A stretch of 17,660 nucleotides of DNA, taken from assembly GCF_006345805.1 (NCBI RefSeq), contig NW_021824806.1, positions 1 to 17,660 of the forward strand, in the 5' to 3' direction. Positions 1 to 9,726 of the stretch are shown here, in pieces. Each line of letters starts with the position of its first letter. Positions within the stretch are counted from its first letter, which is position 1. This DNA is from Octopus sinensis (taxonomy: Eukaryota). The notes beneath the pieces were generated by a model, which saw nothing but the letters and a program-made list of their open reading frames with translations, searched no databases and had not been told where the DNA came from. The translations under genes were made by a program, and so were the position numbers.

Positions 1-341
1 AACCAATAAAACGAGAAAATTAATTATCATTTCTTGTCGCAGACATTTATTCCTACATCTCTCTCCGTTCCTTTTTCCCTTCTCTTTCGTTCGCTTCACG
101 TCCCGCCCCCCATCTCTCACGCTGTATACCTAATGATATTTCCTCATCCCCGCATTCGACTTTTCTCCCTCCTTCCTTCCTTCCTTCCTTTCTCTCTCTC
201 TTTCTCTCTCTTCCTCTCTCTTTCACCCTGTCTATTCCCAGGGAAGAGACGATGTTCGACTTACAGATTCAACGTCATTAAGATAGGATGAGCCAGAAAT
301 GACATCATATAAAGACTACAGGGAAATCTATCGGATCACTT

Positions 342-408
<67 letters not shown>

Positions 409-542
409 CATTCACATACGTAAACCACTACATAAATGCACAGATAACTAAACGCATGCATACATACATATACATATTCATATATATAAATATATACGCA
501 TACCTATCTATCAACCTATCAGCTATCTATATTTCAGACACC

Positions 543-596
<54 letters not shown>

Positions 597-1160
597 TACA
601 CACACACTGTACTACAATACTTTCTTTGTTTATACATACATACATTCATATATACTTATATGTATGTATGTATGTATGTATGTATCTATCTATCTATCAA
701 CACACACATACATACACACACTTACATACATACATATATACCTACATATATACATATATATACACAGTATATGCATACATGCAAACGCATACATTTATAC
801 ACACATAGTTACACATATATATATACATATGTGTGTGTGTAACTATGTATATATATACGTGTGCATGTGTGTGTGTGTGTATGTGTGTGTGAGTGTGTAT
901 GTGTGTGTGTACATATTTCTGTATATATGAATTCATGTATATATACACCTATGTAAATATATATGTGTGCATGTATGTATATTTATATATATATTACATA
1001 GATACACACACACACACACATATATATATACTTATATATATACACACACACAGTTACACACACACAGACACACGCATACATCCACACACACACACACACA
1101 CACACCTACACACACACACACACACCCACCTACACACACACACACACACACACACACGCT
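342..1160. repeat. Compound (CA)n/(TA)n/(TATG)n/(TG)n microsatellite field
   Basis: Pure (CA)n at 342-411 and mixed TA/TG/TATG/CA tracts through 1160; source of the H/T/Y/I-rich spurious ORFs. Confidence 0.95.
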
Positions 1161-1625
1161 CATTATACTCTTACATCTTTTTGTCATTCAGCCATTTTTT
1201 TTTGGGGGGGGGCTTGTTTTATTAATTCGCTTCTATTTACAATTCTCTTCTCTCTCTCTTTCTCTCTATCCCCTCTCCCCCTCTCTCTCTTTCTTTCTGT
1301 CTCTCTCTCTTTCTCCCCCCCCTCCCCCCCTCTCCCCGCCTCTCTGTCGTCTGTCTTTCACCAAAGATTATCAGCGCCCAATTCACAATACTTTTAATAT
1401 CACTTGCGCTGCTTCGTAATTTCCCTCGAGTTGTTTTAAGTGACGATATTTATATATTGAGATTATTATATCGATAATATTGCACAAGTAATAATGATAA
1501 TAAAGATGATAATGCTCAGAGTCATGGTAATAACAATAGTAATAAGAACAACAACAGCTCCAATAACAATCGCAACAACAAGGACATCATCGTCATCAAC
1601 AACAACAACAACAATAATAATAATA

Positions 1626-1790
1626 TTTTCTACTCTAGGCACAAAGCTCGAAATTTTGATGGGAGAGGGCCAATCGACTAGATCGACTCCAGAACGCAAC
1701 TGGTACTTGATTTATCGATCGCGAAAGGATGAAAGGCAAAGTTGACCTCGACGGAATTTGAACTCAGAACGTAACGGCAGACGAAATGCC
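1626..1790 (-). mobile_element. 5'-truncated tRNA-derived CORE-type SINE (octopus OR-like), tail type A
   Basis: Minus strand has the B-box-like GTTCTGAGTTCAAATTCC, the central TTTGCCTTTCATCCTTTCG..GATAAA..AAGTACCAGTTGCG block and the tail AAAATTTCGAGCTTTGTGCCTAGAGTAGAAAA, followed by ATT/GTT repeats. Homologous to the copies at 2124, 7519 and 8587. Confidence 0.9.
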
Positions 1791-2013
1791 TATTTCTTTA
1801 CTACTCACAAGGGGCTAAACACAGAGGGGACAAACAAGGACAGACAAACGGATTAAGTCGATTATATCGACCCCAGTGTATAACTGGTACTTATTTAATC
1901 GACCCCGAAAAGATGAAAGGCAAAGTTGACCTCGGCGGAATTTGAACTCAGAACATAGCGGCAGACGAAATACCGCTAAGCATTTCACCTGGCGTGCTAA
2001 TGTTCCTGACAGC
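1791..2013 (-). mobile_element. Near full-length CORE-type SINE, tail type B
   Basis: Same head and core as the type A copies (ATTAGCACGCCAGGTGAAATGCTTAGCGGTATTTCGTCTGCC..GTTCTGAGTTCAAATTCCGCCGAGGTCAAC) but a different tail, ACTTAATCCGTTTGTCTGTCCTTGTTTGTCCCTCTGTGTTTAGCCCCTTGTGAGTAGTAAAGAAATA. The tail matches 5985-6088. Confidence 0.9.
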
Positions 2014-2123
2014 ACACTGCTGGATACCTGTGGATAGCTGATACTTTCCATCACACCTAGCAATATAAATTGTGAATTTCAATACAACAACAATGATAAT
2101 AATAATAATAATAATAATAATAA

Positions 2124-2335
2124 TCCTTTCTACTATAGGCACAAAGCCCGAAATTTTGAGGGAGGGGACTTATTGATTACATCGATCCCTGTGTTTCACT
2201 GGTACTTAATTTATCGACCCGAACGGATAAAAGGCAAAGTCGAATTCGGTGGAATTTGAACTCAGAACGGAGTGGTGGATGAAATACCGTTGAGCGTTTC
2301 ACGCGGTGTGCTAACGATTCGGCCAACCCGCCGAC
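2124..2335 (-). mobile_element. Full-length CORE-type SINE, tail type A
   Basis: Head GGCGGGTTGGCCGAATCGTTAGCAC, GTTCTGAGTTCAAATTCC, core, type A tail CAAAATTTCGGGCTTTGTGCCTATAGTAGAAAGG, then an (ATT)n tail (2091-2123 on + as AAT repeats). Confidence 0.9.
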
Positions 2336-2436
2336 TTTATAATAATGATAATAATAATAACAACAACAACAATAACACCATCATCAACAACAACAACAAC
2401 AACAACAATAACAACAACGACAACAATTTTATTAAT

Positions 2437-2611
2437 ACTTTCTACTAAAGGTACAGGGCGTGAAATTTTGCAGGGCAAGTAAATTGAATATTTTGACGCC
2501 AGCACTCAACAGGTAGCCTCTTCATCGACCCACTGTGGATGAAATCCAAAGTCAACATCTTCAGTATTTGAACTCAGGAAATCAAGCATTTTTATCCAGC
2601 GCACGAACGAT
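2437..2611 (-). mobile_element. Old, highly diverged copy of the type A SINE
   Basis: Residual + strand motifs CTTTCTACTAAAGGTACAGGGCGTGAAATTTTG, ATCGACCC, GGATGAAA, CAAAGTCAAC, TTTGAACTCAG and AAGCATTT in the same order as the neighbouring copies. Confidence 0.7.
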
Positions 2612-2773
2612 ACTATTAAAGGTAATAATTATAATAATTATAATGATAGTTACTTCAGATTAGTGATCTTCATAATGTACTTGAAACATACTGAAAGCCT
2701 CCTAAACTGTGGTATTCAATTTGGAGTCTGTGCGTCTATAAGAGATATTTTCTCGAGATATATACTGCTTGTA

Positions 2774-3084
2774 GGCGCATGGCTCAGTGGTTAGAGCGTC
2801 GAGATTACGATCGTAAAGTTGTGAGTTCGAATCCCGGACAGGGTTGTGTGTTGTGTTCTTGAACAAGACATTATTTCACGCTGCTCCAGTTCACTTACCT
2901 GTAGAAAGGAATTGCGACATCACTGGTGCCAAGCTGTATCAGCCTTTCCCTTGGATAACACTGGTGGCGTGGAAAGGGGAGGTCGGATAAGCCTGGACGA
3001 CTGCTGGTCTTCCATAAACAACATCTTGCCCGGATTAGTGCTTGGGAGGCTAACTTTCTGGGTGCAATCCCATGGTCAGTCGTT
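2774..3084 (+). mobile_element. Second tRNA-derived SINE family (~310 bp) with a CORE/MIR-like centre
   Basis: tRNA-like head GGCGCATGGCTCAGTGGTTAGAGCGTCG...GTGAGTTCGAATCCCGG without a tRNA 3' acceptor stem. It continues TTGTGTTCTTGAACAAGACATTATTTCACG..CCAGTTCACTTACCTGTAGAAA (resembles the MIR core) and ends in (CTA)n. Confidence 0.85.
2780..2834 (+). promoter_or_regulatory. Internal Pol III type-2 promoter (A and B boxes) of the SINE
   Basis: A box TGGCTCAGTGG at 2780-2790 and B box GTTCGAATCC at 2825-2834, both matching the canonical consensus with tRNA-like spacing. Confidence 0.75.
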
Positions 3085-3087
3085 ATG

Positions 3088-3480
3088 GAACTACTACTAC
3101 TACTACTATCAGCACTACATCAACATCACCACGATCACCACTGCCAGCAATAACACCATCATAACCATCACTGACTACAACAAGACCATCAGAACAAAAC
3201 ACAACTGCAGTCATGATAAATACTCTCACCACCACCACTGCCGCCGCCACGTCCATCACTACCACCACCACATCTACCACCGCCACCACCACCACTACTA
3301 CAACTAACAACAGCAACAACACCAACGACAATATCGTCACAATTGTCATTACCATCATCACTACCATGACGTCACGACAACCACAACCACCATCACCACC
3401 GCCACCATCACCACCGCCACCATCACCACTATCCTCTCACCTCTACCCCCACCTCCAACCACTATCCCCGTCTCATCCTG
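3088..3480. repeat. Degenerate trinucleotide field (ACT/ACC/ATC/AAC)
   Basis: Mixed CTA, CAC, CAT and CAA triplets starting at the SINE tail. Confidence 0.9.
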
Positions 3481-3559
3481 CCAACAACTACATCATCCAC
3501 CAAGAATGGCTCAACACTTCATCGCTGTTGCTAGTTCTAAGTACAATATCGCGCTCAAA

Positions 3560-4010
3560 GTCTCCTTCCTCTCTCACTCTCTTTTAGTCTCTCTCTTCCC
3601 ACTCTCCCTCCTTCCCTCTCTCCCCTACATCCCTCCATCCCTCCCCATCTCCCTCTCTTCTTCTTCTTCTTCATTTTCCTCTCGTTTTCGTTCTTCCCTC
3701 CTCTTCCTCCTTCTTTATTCTCTTCTTCTTCTTCTTCTTTTCTTCTTTCTTCTACTCCCCCTTCTCTTCCTCCTTCTCTTTCTCTTTTTTTCTTTTTTCC
3801 TCTCTTCTTCTCTTTCTTTACCCTCCCCTCCTCCTCCTCCTCCTCCTCCTCTTGCTTCTTCTTCACTTTCCTCTCGTTTTCGTTCTCCCCTCCTACTCCT
3901 TCTTCTTTACTCTCTTTCTTCTTCTTCTTCTTCTTCTTCTTCTTCTTCTTTTTCTTCTTCCCCTCTCCCTTCCTCCTCCCACTTCCTCCTCTTCCTTTCT
4001 CTTCCTCCCA
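3560..4010. repeat. Polypyrimidine (CT/CTT/CCT) low-complexity tract with a ~55-bp imperfect internal duplication
   Basis: Almost purine-free + strand; TTCCTCTCGTTTTCGTTCT with similar flanks occurs at ~3676 and ~3868. Confidence 0.9.
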
Positions 4011-4264
4011 TATTTATGTGCTAATTGATAAACGAAGCAAAAATCCAACCCAGCCGACATAACTAGTCGACAGCATGAAAGTCCCTTAACGTCTGACGGC
4101 GCCAAATCATTGATGCTCCCCTCCCCCTATCCCCTCAACTCCCACCCCTTGCTCCTCCCCCCACCGTTTCTTTTCTAAACAAGACATAAGATGTTTTAAT
4201 TTTTGACAGAAGCTATCCAGATTATTTCTCCAATGTTGCATACACGTGATACCTTAACTAATTA

Positions 4265-4591
4265 TACAACAACAACAACAACAACAACGACGACATCAAC
4301 ATCACCATCATCATCAGCAACATCAATAGCAACAGCAGCATTCTCCTCCTCCTCATCGACAGCAGCAACAACAATAACTACAATAACGACATCATCATAA
4401 CGACATCATCATCAACAACAACAGCAACGCGCCAAAAACAATTACGAGTATAATATTAACAACAATAACAAGAACAACAGCAACGAAGGAAACAGTAGCA
4501 GCAGCAGCGGCACCAGCAGCAGCAATGCCTTCAGTTACAACAATAACAATAACAACAAAAATAATAATGATAATAATAACAATAACAACAA

Positions 4592-4623
<32 letters not shown>

Positions 4624-4632
4624 TAACAACAA

Positions 4633-4715
<83 letters not shown>

Positions 4716-4883
4716 TAATAACAATAATAATAATAACAATAACAAAATAATAATAACAATAACAAAATAATAATAATAATAATAATAAAAATAATAATAA
4801 TGATGATAATAATAATAATAATAATAATAACAATAATAACAATAATAATAATAACAATAACAAAATAATAATAACAATAACAA

Positions 4884-4915
<32 letters not shown>

Positions 4916-5205
4916 TAATAATAACAATAATAATAATAATAGCAATAACAAAATAATAATAATAACGATAACAATAATAATAATAATAATAATAATTATT
5001 ATTATTATTATTATAATAATGACAATAATAATAATAATCATAATAATAAGAATAACAAAATAATGATAATAATAATAATAATAATAATAACAAAATAATA
5101 ATAATAGTAATAGTAATAGTAATAATAATAATAATAATAATTATAATAATCATAATAATAATAGTAACAACAACAATAACAACAACAATAATAATAATAA
5201 TAATA

Positions 5206-5236
<31 letters not shown>

Positions 5237-5460
5237 TTATCATCCTCATCATTTTCCTCCTCATCCTCCTCATTCTCATCAACAGCAGCAGTAACAGCAG
5301 CAACAACCAACACTAACAACAACAGCGGCAAAAACAACAACTGCGACAGCAATAACAACAGCAACAATTACGAGAACAGCAGCAAAAGCGGCAACAACAA
5401 CAACAACAACAACAACAGCAACACCAACAGCAACAGCCTCAACATCAGCATCAGCAGCAT
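4265..5460. repeat. Long compound (AAC)n/(AAT)n/(AGC)n microsatellite array
   Basis: About 1.2 kb of triplet repeats; the (AAT)n core at 4530-5235 has recurring CAAAATAAT interruptions. Explains the poly-L/I/Y ORFs. Confidence 0.95.
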
Positions 5461-5639
5461 TAGCAGCGGTGAGAGGAGTGAATGTGAGAAATTGTGCAAA
5501 CGTCGCATCGAGTCTTTCCGGCGCCATTGTTGATGGAGTTTCTCTCCCCAGATTCCTTTCCGAAGAACATTTAACAGTATTTGGTAGGAGTAAAGAATAT
5601 ACTAACCGTTAATGGATGGATGGAGGGATGGGGGGCGGG

Positions 5640-5788
5640 CGGTTGCTGCTGATGTTGCAGATATTGATGCTGCTGTCGTTGCTGTTGTTGTTGTTCCTGT
5701 TGTTGATGTTGTTGTTGCTGCTGCTGTTGTTGATGATGATGCTGATGAAAATGATGATAACAATGAGGATGGTGTTGATGTTGATGTC

Positions 5789-5858
<70 letters not shown>

Positions 5859-5896
5859 TATCATCATTATTATCATATGGCGTATCCAGGCAGTGA

Positions 5897-5975
<79 letters not shown>
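5640..5975. repeat. (GTT/GAT)n then (ATT)n and oppositely oriented (AAT)n tracts
   Basis: (TTA)n at 5790-5857 and (AAT)n at 5901-5970, separated by ~43 bp. Confidence 0.95.
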
Positions 5976-5976
<1 letters not shown>

Positions 5977-5984
5977 TAAATTAT

Positions 5985-6088
5985 AAATAAGTACCAGTTA
6001 CGCACTGGGGTCGATTTAATCGACTTAATCCTTGTCTGTCCTTATTTGTCCCCTCTGTGTTTAGCCCCCTGTGAGCAATAAAGAAATA
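5985..6088 (+). mobile_element. 3' fragment of the CORE-type SINE, tail type B
   Basis: AAGTACCAGTTACGCACTGGGGTCGATTTAATCGACTTAATCCTTGTCTGTCCTTATTTGTCCCCTCTGTGTTTAGCCCC..AATAAAGAAATA is the reverse-complement homologue of 1791-1895. Confidence 0.85.
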
Positions 6089-6109
6089 GATCATAAATAT
6101 TTGAGGAAA

Positions 6110-6354
6110 GGTGGAGAACTGGCAGAGTCGTTAACATGCCGGGCAAAATGCTTAGTGGTATTTATTCCGTGTTTACGTTCTGAGTTCAAATTCCACCGAG
6201 GTCGACTTTGCGTTTCATCCCTTTCGGGATCGATAAAATAAGTACCAGTTGAATAGTGAGGTCGATTATATAGGTACCAGTTAAGTAATAGGGTTGATGT
6301 GATCCACATGACAGCTCCACTAAACTTGCTGGCCTTGTGCCAAAATTTGAAACC
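6110..6354 (+). mobile_element. Full-length CORE-type SINE, tail type C
   Basis: Head GGTGGAGAACTGGCAGAGTCGTTAACATGCCGGGCAAAATGCTTAG, GTTCTGAGTTCAAATTCC, core with a duplicated GTACCAGTT..GGT(C/T)GAT segment, and tail CTTGCTGGCCTTGTGCCAAAATTTGAAACC plus ATTATT. Confidence 0.88.
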
Positions 6355-6365
6355 ATTATTAATAT

Positions 6366-7410
6366 CTAAGACAGCATTTTGGCAAAGGTTATGACCCGTA
6401 ACGTATGGTCATTGGTTGTTATGATAAGGTTGTCGTTTCCGCGCTTGTAGTCTTATATATCTTCATCTACCTCGAGACGAAATGACTTCTCACAGTCTCC
6501 GGCTTTCATAGAGATAATGACCTGTTAATTTTCAGCTATATGAATGTCTTTTAGTCAAATCGGCTTGGAAAAAATGTCATCAAGACATTTGAGTAACTCA
6601 GTAATCACAAGCAGCATCTTTGTAGTCATCTCTTGTACATATTACACTAAGTCTAAGCAGAAGTAAATATTAAGCAGCTTGTTAAGAAATCTAGTGAGAT
6701 AGATCTGAAGAATCTAGAAAATAAAAATGATCGCTGCACACCTAGTATTTCACCAGGTAAAAGATTGCCAAATTGTGTAGTACGGTAATATAACAGCGAA
6801 GAATTAGTGTTTGTATCAGACGGTGACAACTCCTAATATATAAATAGCTGTGCAAGAGCAATGTGATCTGTTTTAATCCCCCTTCCAGTCTAGGGTGTTG
6901 TTTTCAATATTGTTAAAACTGTCTTAAGCACTTCCCTGCTGTATATAGATACAACAAGATTTTTACACAGAAACTCTGAATGTTAGTTACAACTGTACTA
7001 GCAGTATGATGAATTTGATTTTTGGCTAAAAGAAAAGGCAGTACAAAAGCTTTTTCGAGAATATTTCGTCAGTTAATTAAGTTCCGATGACTAAAAGATG
7101 AGGGTTTACCATATTTTGAAACACCATCACTAGTGATAGAATTTTCTGAGTCATGTTTTAAAGAACTTGGCTCAAGTTGTCTATGTACCAAGATAAACTC
7201 TTTGTCATGAAATTTCCCGTTAATTTGTCGAATTCCAGGAATGGATTTTTCTCAAATAATTTCTACCAACATAATTTCATCTTGAGAAACTTTATCCCGG
7301 TCACAGAATGAAAGACTGATTATAAAGGTAGAACTTCGTTGAAATTTTTCAGTCTTCTTGAAATTAATTTGGTATATTTCAACAATTTTTAGATCCCCAC
7401 TCACTTGGGG
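6366..7410 (-). pseudogene. Unidentified decayed reading frame (about 350 codons, at least 2 frameshifts)
   Basis: Manual translation: 7410-6916 is 165 codons with only 2 stops (PQVSGDLKIVEIYQINFKKTEKFQRSSTFIISLSFCDRDKVSQDEIMLVEII*EKSIPGIRQINGKFHDKEFILVHRQLE...). A second frame, 6961-6656, is 102 codons with 2 stops (NLVVSIYSREVLKTVLTILKTTP*TGRGIKTDHIALAQLFIY*ELSPSD...YYRTTQFGNLLPGEILG). A third, 6713-6369, has 4 stops. No family recognised. Confidence 0.45.
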
Positions 7411-7518
7411 TTATGCAGTTTCACTAACTTACATTTAGTTTCAAAAAGATTTCACAAGAAGGTAATTTTCTAGTAATGCTTCTATCGTTGTGTGTTTCTC
7501 TCAATATCGGCAAAAGAC

Positions 7519-7652
7519 TTCCGCCGAGGTCGACTTAGCCTTTCATCCTTTCGAGATCAATAAATTAAGTACCAGCTGCGTACTGGGGTCGATCTAATCG
7601 ACTGGGCCTCCCTCCCCCAAAATTTCAGGCCTTGTGCTTAGAGCAGGAAAGG
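7519..7652 (+). mobile_element. 5'-truncated type A SINE with a perfect 15-bp target-site duplication
   Basis: Starts at TTCCGCCGAGGTCGAC, carries the core and type A tail, and is flanked by ATATCGGCAAAAGAC at 7504-7518 and 7653-7667. Confidence 0.93.
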
Positions 7653-8586
7653 ATATCGGCAAAAGACATCACTTCGGCCATTGGCTATAATGAACTTTCG
7701 CACTTCACTTTTATTGTATTACATTTTATTTTATTATGAACATTTTCAATTTATTTAATTATATTTTAATACTCTTACTTTACTCCAGCTTTTTTGCTAT
7801 CGATGCTTATATTATTTCTCGCCCTCCCCATTTTTCTTTTGTGCTTTTTATTACCCCCTTTTCTCTTCCCTGATATTTTTTATCTCGCATATTTTTATTT
7901 TTCAATGCCTCTATCGCTTACATCGTCCTCCTTTTTTCTTCCCATGTAGACTAGACGCTTTCCCCATCACCACTCCCTAATAAACATATATCTCTAGTTT
8001 GTCACTCTCTTTCACCGCGCAAGCACATTCTATTTTTACTTCCGGTTCTCTATATTTCCTTTTCACTCTGTTCGAAGCCACTTTTATGGCCTCAACGCCT
8101 CACATTTCTTTTCTTTCTTCTCCCTTATAAACGTAGATGTAAGACTTATTGTATCTTTTGTGATACACAAAATTTCATTAAATAACGCAATTTTCGTTAT
8201 CACTCGCTCATTATTTATTTCTCTCTCTTGCTTTACCCATCTTCCCTGTTTTGAATATATTTTGTCACATTTATACAATTCATTTCTTTCTATCTCCTTT
8301 TTTGTGTCTCTCTACATCCTCTTTTATTCATTGAGATTTTACGCTATCTTTCATTAACATAATAATATTTTGTACAGTTGTCATATTTATTATATATTTG
8401 AATGTTAGAATATTAATTTTTATAAGCCTTACTTTGACAAAATATTCATAACTCCACCAACAAGCCTTACAATTGTTTGATATAATGATGTAATGTTGCT
8501 CTCAATAAGCGGCAACGCGAAATAAGGAGGGAACACCAATAAAAGGCCACATTTATTTTTACTGCTATTAACATACAAAACTTGAA

Positions 8587-8774
8587 GGCGACGGGCTGGC
8601 AGAAACGTTAGCACGCCGGGCGACATGCTTAGCGGGGTTTTGTCCGTCTTTACGTTCTGAGTTCAAATTCCACCGAGGTCGACTGCGTCTTTCATCCTTT
8701 CGAAGTCGATGAAAAAGTACCAGTCGACTAAAACCTCCCCCAAAATTTCAGACCTTGTGCTTATAGTAGAAAGG
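8587..8774 (+). mobile_element. Type A SINE with head and an internal deletion in the core
   Basis: GGCGACGGGCTGGCAGAAACGTTAGCACGCCGGGCGACATGCTTAGCGG..GTTCTGAGTTCAAATTCC..AAGTACCAGTCGACT (segment missing)..CAAAATTTCAGACCTTGTGCTTATAGTAGAAAGG. Confidence 0.9.
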
Positions 8775-8923
8775 GTTCTGAGTTCAAATTCCGCCGACGT
8801 CGACTTTGCGTTTCATCCTTTTGGGGTCGATAAATTAAGTACCGATTGCGTACTGCTGAGGTTGATCTAATCGACTGCCCCCTCCCCTAAAATTTCGAGC
8901 CTTGCGCTTAGAATAGAAAAGAC
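8775..8923 (+). mobile_element. 5'-truncated type A SINE fused directly behind the previous copy
   Basis: Begins at GTTCTGAGTTCAAATTCC with no spacer, has the full core and tail, then (TAT)n at 8924-8957. Confidence 0.9.
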
Positions 8924-8957
<34 letters not shown>

Positions 8958-9356
8958 GCCGTCGTCGACTTCGCTGTTGTTGTACTGATGAATACGTTTC
9001 CTCGTGTTTGAATGCCCAGTGGTATACATATATAGACATTATTTACAAAGGCACGCCCACATAGTCACGCTCTCTCGCCCCTCTCATTCTCTCTTTCTCC
9101 TTTTTTTTTCTCTTTCTCTCTAGCGCGCACTCACAGTCGCTCAGAGCACTGAAGATTAAGATGTCAACGCCGAGTTTCACGTTGCGTCTTTTCGGAACGT
9201 CTGGAATCATTTAATTGCGAGCTTATTATTATTAGGTGCAATGTTACGTGTTAATCATTTATAAATGCGAGAAATTTAACGAAAGATTTCCATCGTGTCA
9301 AAATGTGTAACTCACAGTAACAACAGTGAAAATATCTCTTTTAAAAAAAAACTCTC

Positions 9357-9539
9357 TTGTTGTTGTTGCTGTTGTTGTTGTTGTTGTTCTTCTTCTTCTT
9401 TTTCTTCTTCTTCTTCTTCTTCTTCTTCTTCTTCTCTTCTTCTTCTTCTTCTTCTTCTTCTTCTTCTTCTTCTTCAGTTATCATCATCATCGTCATCGTT
9501 ATTATTAGCAAAGTTTTGTTGTTATTATTATTGTTGTTG

Positions 9540-9596
<57 letters not shown>

Positions 9597-9695
9597 GTAG
9601 TAGTAGTAGTAGTAGTAGTTAGTAGTAGTAGTAGTTAGTAGTAGTAGTAGTAGAAGAAGAAGAAGAGAAGAAGAAGAAGAAGAAGAGAAGAAGAA

Positions 9696-9726
<31 letters not shown>

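Noticed and set aside
181-300. Polypyrimidine tract plus CAG at 239-241 as a possible splice acceptor
   Set aside because: All three downstream frames stop within 17 codons, there is no clear donor, and the pyrimidine tract is a microsatellite.
2774-2840. Possible tRNA gene
   Set aside because: It has A and B boxes but no complementary acceptor stem and continues into a SINE body.
4010-4120. Unique island with TAATTGATAAA and TTTGGCGC (E2F-like, minus strand) motifs
   Set aside because: Short motifs are expected by chance; conservation data would be needed.
5295-5612. Open frame running from the triplet repeat into unique sequence (..AAVRGVNVRNCANVASSLSGAIVDGVSLPRFLSEEHLTVFG) with a possible GT donor
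   Set aside because: No start or acceptor, mostly repeat-derived, and no recognisable protein.
1626-8923. Recurring ~150-200-bp units as a CRISPR-like or satellite array
   Set aside because: Irregular spacing, both orientations, tRNA-like heads and a TSD identify them as dispersed SINEs in a eukaryote.
9090-9215. Pyrimidine tract plus TAG (9121-9123) followed by ATG (MSTPSFTLRLFGTSGII*)
   Set aside because: Only 17 codons and no donor; it cannot be supported without RNA data.
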